Shown: piece after piece, positions 60,127 through 64,000 of the stretch | Layout of the letters: every line of letters begins with the position of its first letter | Position numbering within the stretch: the first letter of the stretch is position 1 | Source: Pseudorhodobacter antarcticus | GTDB lineage: Bacteria > Pseudomonadota > Alphaproteobacteria > Rhodobacterales > Rhodobacteraceae | Reading direction: 5' to 3' | Assembly (NCBI GenBank): GCA_945862465.1 | Contig: CAMAYO010000003.1 | Span: 92-64,091, forward strand | DNA: 64,000 nucleotides | Notes under the pieces: generated by a model | What the model was told of the DNA's origin: nothing | The model's database searches: none | The model's input: the letters and a program-made list of their open reading frames with translations, nothing else | Program-made: the position numbers and the translations under genes

Positions 60127-61056
60127 ATGACCATTGAACACCTTGTCACCCATTCCGGCGGCTTTCACGCGGATGAGGTGTTTTCATCCGTCATCCTCAC
60201 ACGCCTTTATCCTTCAGCCAAACTTGTCCGCAGCCGTTTACCGCAGTGGATCACGGCGGGGCCGGACCGCGTGATCTATGATGTGGGTGGGGCCTATGAT
60301 GCGGCGGCGGGGATATTTGACCACCACCAACGCGGCGCGCCCCTGCGCCCTGATGGCCAGCCATACAGCTCTTTCGGTTTGATTTGGCATCACTTTGGCC
60401 GAGCTTATCTGGAAGCCAGCAGTGTTCCGGCAGAGGATGTCGAGACGCTGCACGCTGCGTTTGATACCAGTTTTGTCTTGCCCATCGATCAGGTCGATAA
60501 CGGGGCCGTCAGCCTGTCAGAGGCGGGGCCTTTGGCCTCGATGACCTTGCCTGGCCTGATTGAAACGCTCAAACCCGTGTTCGACAGCACCGATCCTGCG
60601 GCGGAAGAGGCGGGATTTCATCTGGCCTTGTCCATCGCCCGCAGCTTTACCGAAGCGCGGGTGGCCAATTCCGCCGCCAAGCGCCGTGCCGAGGCCGTGG
60701 TGCATCAGGCCATTTTGGCCGCCGGTTCGGATCGCATACTAGAGCTGCCCATGGGAATGCCCTTTCGCCCTGCCATCGTGAAAGCAGGGGCGGATCATCT
60801 GCTGTTTGTGGTGCATCCGCGCCAGCAAGATTGGTGCGTGACGGGTATTCGCCAAACCGAAGACGGTTATGCCCAACGCGCCGATCTGCCCGCCGCTTGG
60901 GCTGGGTTGACGGGCGTGGCGCTAGAGCAGGCCTGTGGCGTGCGAGGCGCCAGCTTTTGCCACAATGCCCGCTTCATCGCTGCCGCAGCGACGCGCGAGG
61001 CAGCCCTTGCCATGGCACGGCTTGCTGTGGGCGAGGCGCTGGCCTTGCAGGCCTAA
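60127..61056 (+). CDS. MYG1-family (UPF0160) protein
   Basis: THSGGFHADE, YDVG, FDHHQ, YSSFGLIW, IDQVDNG, FCHNARFI. Confidence 0.92.
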   Translation: MTIEHLVTHSGGFHADEVFSSVILTRLYPSAKLVRSRLPQWITAGPDRVIYDVGGAYDAAAGIFDHHQRGAPLRPDGQPYSSFGLIWHHFGRAYLEASSVPAEDVETLHAAFDTSFVLPIDQVDNGAVSLSEAGPLASMTLPGLIETLKPVFDSTDPAAEEAGFHLALSIARSFTEARVANSAAKRRAEAVVHQAILAAGSDRILELPMGMPFRPAIVKAGADHLLFVVHPRQQDWCVTGIRQTEDGYAQRADLPAAWAGLTGVALEQACGVRGASFCHNARFIAAAATREAALAMARLAVGEALALQA

Positions 61057-61058
61057 AC

Positions 61059-62174
61059 TCACGCCGCCAAACAGGTCGCCAGCCGTGCCAAACCTTCGGC
61101 CAAGCGCACCTCTTCTCCGCCGCCCACGCCCAAGCGGATGTGGTGGGGTTCGTCATAAGCCGTGCCGGGCAAGAGGAAGGTGCGGTAGGGCGCGGCCAGC
61201 AAACGCCGAGCGAAGGGTTCGGCCAAGTCGCCCTGCAACCGCGCCAGCCCGATCAATCCCGCTTGCGGTTTGACCCATGACAGGCGGGGCTGGCTGGCGA
61301 TAAACGCATCAAGCGCGGCCAGATTGGCGCTGCCTTCGGCGCGTGCTTGGGCAAGGGCTGGGCCTAGGCGGTCGGGGCGCAGGGCAATCTCGGCGATATG
61401 CTCGCCCATGATATTCATGATCTCTGACGAATTTTCGCGCAGAATAACACCATCACGGATCATCCCTTTGTCGCGGCAAATCATCCACCCCGTCCGCAGC
61501 CCTTGCAGCCCCAAGGCTTTGGAGACTGAACCCGTGGTGATCCCCCGCGGATAGATCCCCGCGATTGATGGCGCGCGGGGGCCTTGCCATTCAAGGCCTG
61601 CATAAACCTCGTCTACGATCAACCATGCCCCCACACGCGCAGCTATGGTGGCGATCTGGCGCAACTCGGCTTCCGACAAAAGCTGGCCTGTCGGGTTGTT
61701 GGGGTTGGACAGGAAGATGACTTTGGTGCGATCTGTCACGGCCTTCGAAAGCGCGTCCATATCCAGTCGCCACCCGTCCGTCTCATGCCGCTTGACCGTG
61801 GTCAGCTTCACCCCGATGGCCTTGGCCAGCACCGCCGCTTGGGGCCAGCCGGGGGTTTCGGTGACCATCTCGTCGCCAGCATCCAAGAGCTGGCGTAGGC
61901 ACAGGTAATTCGCCTCTGCTGCGCCTGCGGTGATCAGCACATCGTCGGGCGTGCAGGTGCCTGACAGCCCCGCTTGGGCAATCACATGCGCGCGCAAGGC
62001 GGGCAGGCCTTGAAAGCTGAGCCCGTTCCAATCCAGCGACAGGTTCGGGTCCAGATCGGCCATGAAGTCGCGCAGGCGTGGGGATTTGGACAGCGAAAAG
62101 CCCAAGACACATTCAGGCACCTCTGCCGTGGTGCTGAGAAGATAGTCGAACAGCTTGTGGATCTGCACCTTCAC
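61059..62174 (-). CDS. PLP-dependent class I/II aminotransferase-like protein
   Basis: ITAGAAEAN, LSNPNNPTG, VDEVY, GSVSKALGLQGLRTGW, IRLG. GTG start overlaps the SDR stop. Confidence 0.88.
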   Translation of the reverse strand: MKVQIHKLFDYLLSTTAEVPECVLGFSLSKSPRLRDFMADLDPNLSLDWNGLSFQGLPALRAHVIAQAGLSGTCTPDDVLITAGAAEANYLCLRQLLDAGDEMVTETPGWPQAAVLAKAIGVKLTTVKRHETDGWRLDMDALSKAVTDRTKVIFLSNPNNPTGQLLSEAELRQIATIAARVGAWLIVDEVYAGLEWQGPRAPSIAGIYPRGITTGSVSKALGLQGLRTGWMICRDKGMIRDGVILRENSSEIMNIMGEHIAEIALRPDRLGPALAQARAEGSANLAALDAFIASQPRLSWVKPQAGLIGLARLQGDLAEPFARRLLAAPYRTFLLPGTAYDEPHHIRLGVGGGEEVRLAEGLARLATCLAA

Positions 62175-62899
62175 CTGACATCACGCCCTTGGTTCAGGAT
62201 GATCACATTGCCCGATGACACATCGCCCGCGGCCGAAATCAAGAACCCCACCCAAGCCGCAATCTGTTCAGGTTGCATCGCGTGGCCATGCGGCATGGCT
62301 GATATGGCGCGGGCGAGCACGTCTTCCGTTAGAACATTGAACAGAGGTGTTTCTGTCATGGCAGGCGCGATTGAGTTGCACGCGATCTTGTCGCGCGCGT
62401 AGCGGCGGGCCAGATCCTTCGTCAGCGTATCCATCGCAGCCTTAGACGCGCGGTAGTGCGGCGGGTCAAAGACGTCGAAGTTATAAGCCCCGTTGGACGA
62501 GATGTTGACGATCTTGCGCACACCTTCCCGCCCCGCCATCGCCTTGACCGCCTGTTGGCAGCAATGAAAGGCGGAAGAAAAGTTCACCGCCATCTGCCTG
62601 TCCAGCTCATCCGCAGAAATGTCGGGGAAGTCTGACATAAAACAGGTGCCAGCATTGTTGATCAAGGCATCCACCCCGCCAAACTTGCGTGTGATGCGCT
62701 CAAACAGGTCAAAGATCGCCTCGGCATCGGTCAAATCGCAAGCTTCGGGGGTGAAATCGGGCAGGTCGGCGGACATGCCCAGCAAGGCGGTGGTGTTGAT
62801 GTCAACGCCCACGACGTGCAAGCCATCGTCCAGCAATCGGTCGACAATGGCGCGTCCCATGCCCCCTGCGGCCCCTGTCACGACGGCAATGCGTTTCAT
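62171..62899 (-). CDS. SDR oxidoreductase
   Basis: TGAAGGMG, NNAG, HYRASK catalytic motif; GGAG SD. Confidence 0.88.
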   Translation of the reverse strand: MKRIAVVTGAAGGMGRAIVDRLLDDGLHVVGVDINTTALLGMSADLPDFTPEACDLTDAEAIFDLFERITRKFGGVDALINNAGTCFMSDFPDISADELDRQMAVNFSSAFHCCQQAVKAMAGREGVRKIVNISSNGAYNFDVFDPPHYRASKAAMDTLTKDLARRYARDKIACNSIAPAMTETPLFNVLTEDVLARAISAMPHGHAMQPEQIAAWVGFLISAAGDVSSGNVIILNQGRDVR

Positions 62900-62952
62900 C
62901 TGCGTCTCCTATCTTTGGGCCAAGTTCCGGCGGGCCAAGTTACGGGTAGATG

Positions 62953-62980
62953 GGGCAAATGGGAACGGGTCCATTTGCCC
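62953..62980. terminator. Intercistronic hairpin
   Basis: Perfect 10-bp stem GGGCAAATGG/CCATTTGCCC directly after the kinase stop. No U-tract on the coding strand. Confidence 0.45.
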
Positions 62981-62981
62981 T

Positions 62982-64000
62982 TTAACCCGCCAGCGCTGCG
63001 TTGATGCTGCGGGTTTGGGTGATCAGGTCGCACCAGAGGGCGAAACGGTCGTGGGCCAGTTGGGCCTTGGCGGGGTCGGGGGTGAAGATGCGCTCAACGC
63101 GCACCAAGCGTTCTGCCGCCGTGGCAAGATCGGGTAAGGCCCCGCTGCCCACGCCTGCCATCACCGCAGCGCCCATTGCACCGGGGTCTTTGCCTGCCAC
63201 CCGTTCAAGGGGCACATTCAGCGCATCGGCCCTGATCTGGCACCAGCGGTCAGACGCTGCGCCCCCGCCGCCAAGGCGCACTGTGTCAGGCTGCAAAGCG
63301 CCCGAGCGTTGCAGTGCCTCTAGTGCCAAGCGGGCCGAAAAGGCGACACCTTCCAGCACAGCGGCGGTAAGTTCTGCTGGCCCCGTGGCCCCCGATAAGC
63401 CCGCAAAAGTGCCGCGCAGCGCGGCGTCCCAAAACGGCGCGCGCTCTCCTTGTAAATGTGGCAGGAACAGGGGGGTGGTGGCGGTGATCTCTGCCGCCCC
63501 CTGCGCAAGATCCGCCGCCTTTTGGCCCAAAAGCCGCGCCAGCCAATCGAGGGACGCGCCCCCCGCCTGCATTGGGGCCGCGTGCAGCGTAATTCCCGCC
63601 CAAGGCGGAAAGGTCACAACGCCCGCTTCCGCTGTGACAGTGGCCGAGATCAACCCCGTCACCTCGGACGTTCCTGACAGCAGCATGGCCTGCCCTTTGC
63701 GCACCACGCCCAAGCCCAACAGGCTGGCCCAAGCGTCCATCATGCCCAGCACAACGGGCGTGCCGGCAAAGGGCATTCCCGCTTGCACCACACCTGCCAC
63801 CGACAAAGGGTCCGCCAAGGGGGGCAAGCGCGATGAAGCGCCCTTCATCAGGCTGGTCAGCGCGGTGGCATAGGTTAGGTCTGTTCCCACCAAGCCCACA
63901 GATGACATCGGGTCTGTCAGAACCTTCCCAGTTAGCCGCGCCAAAAGGTAGTCGCGCGGCAACAGCACATGCGCAGTTTGCGCCCAAATTGCCGAATGGG
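62982..64000 (-). CDS. FGGY carbohydrate kinase (xylulokinase-like), 5' part beyond the window
   Basis: AHVLLPRDY, DAWAS, LSGTS, FLPHLQGERAPFWD, VLEGVAF, GGGAAS..WCQI.AD. The frame is open to the window edge. Confidence 0.9.
   Translation of the reverse strand, partial: HSAIWAQTAHVLLPRDYLLARLTGKVLTDPMSSVGLVGTDLTYATALTSLMKGASSRLPPLADPLSVAGVVQAGMPFAGTPVVLGMMDAWASLLGLGVVRKGQAMLLSGTSEVTGLISATVTAEAGVVTFPPWAGITLHAAPMQAGGASLDWLARLLGQKAADLAQGAAEITATTPLFLPHLQGERAPFWDAALRGTFAGLSGATGPAELTAAVLEGVAFSARLALEALQRSGALQPDTVRLGGGGAASDRWCQIRADALNVPLERVAGKDPGAMGAAVMAGVGSGALPDLATAAERLVRVERIFTPDPAKAQLAHDRFALWCDLITQTRSINAALAG

Overview
GC-rich chromosomal segment of a Rhodobacteraceae-type alphaproteobacterium, judged from gene content and protein style. 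It is mostly housekeeping: BMP-type ABC transporter, rimI-tsaB-nifU-usp, trpS, murJ-glnD, lpoA-like/rsmI/yraN/gshB, comM, cobU, rpoH2, coaBC-dut-moeB, dcp, lldD, a complete urease cluster, ilvD, modABC, trmB-aroA-cmk, phoH, fabI-fabB-fabA, nhaA, irr and miaB. I saw no tRNA, rRNA, CRISPR array, transposase or integrase. The most unusual block is 28946-35671. It holds a GcvA-type LysR regulator divergent from a run encoding a DmdB-like CoA ligase, a non-canonical DmdA-like (GcvT-family) demethylase, an unknown ferritin-like protein, two Cys-rich proteins (DUF2182-like and DUF1326-like) and AcuI. This is a candidate undescribed methylated-sulfur (DMSP-like) demethylation/detoxification system. 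Other notable items: a low-GC 58-aa ORF followed by a multi-hairpin RNA with a sequestered-SD 10-codon ORF and a strong terminator; an orphan sRNA-like unit near trpS; two families of interspersed palindromic repeats; a mini-UreJ-like peptide; candidate RpoE, RpoH, CtrA and Pho sites; and an aminotransferase-SDR-FGGY kinase run at the right edge. All family assignments come from motif reading and recalled homologues. No database search was run.
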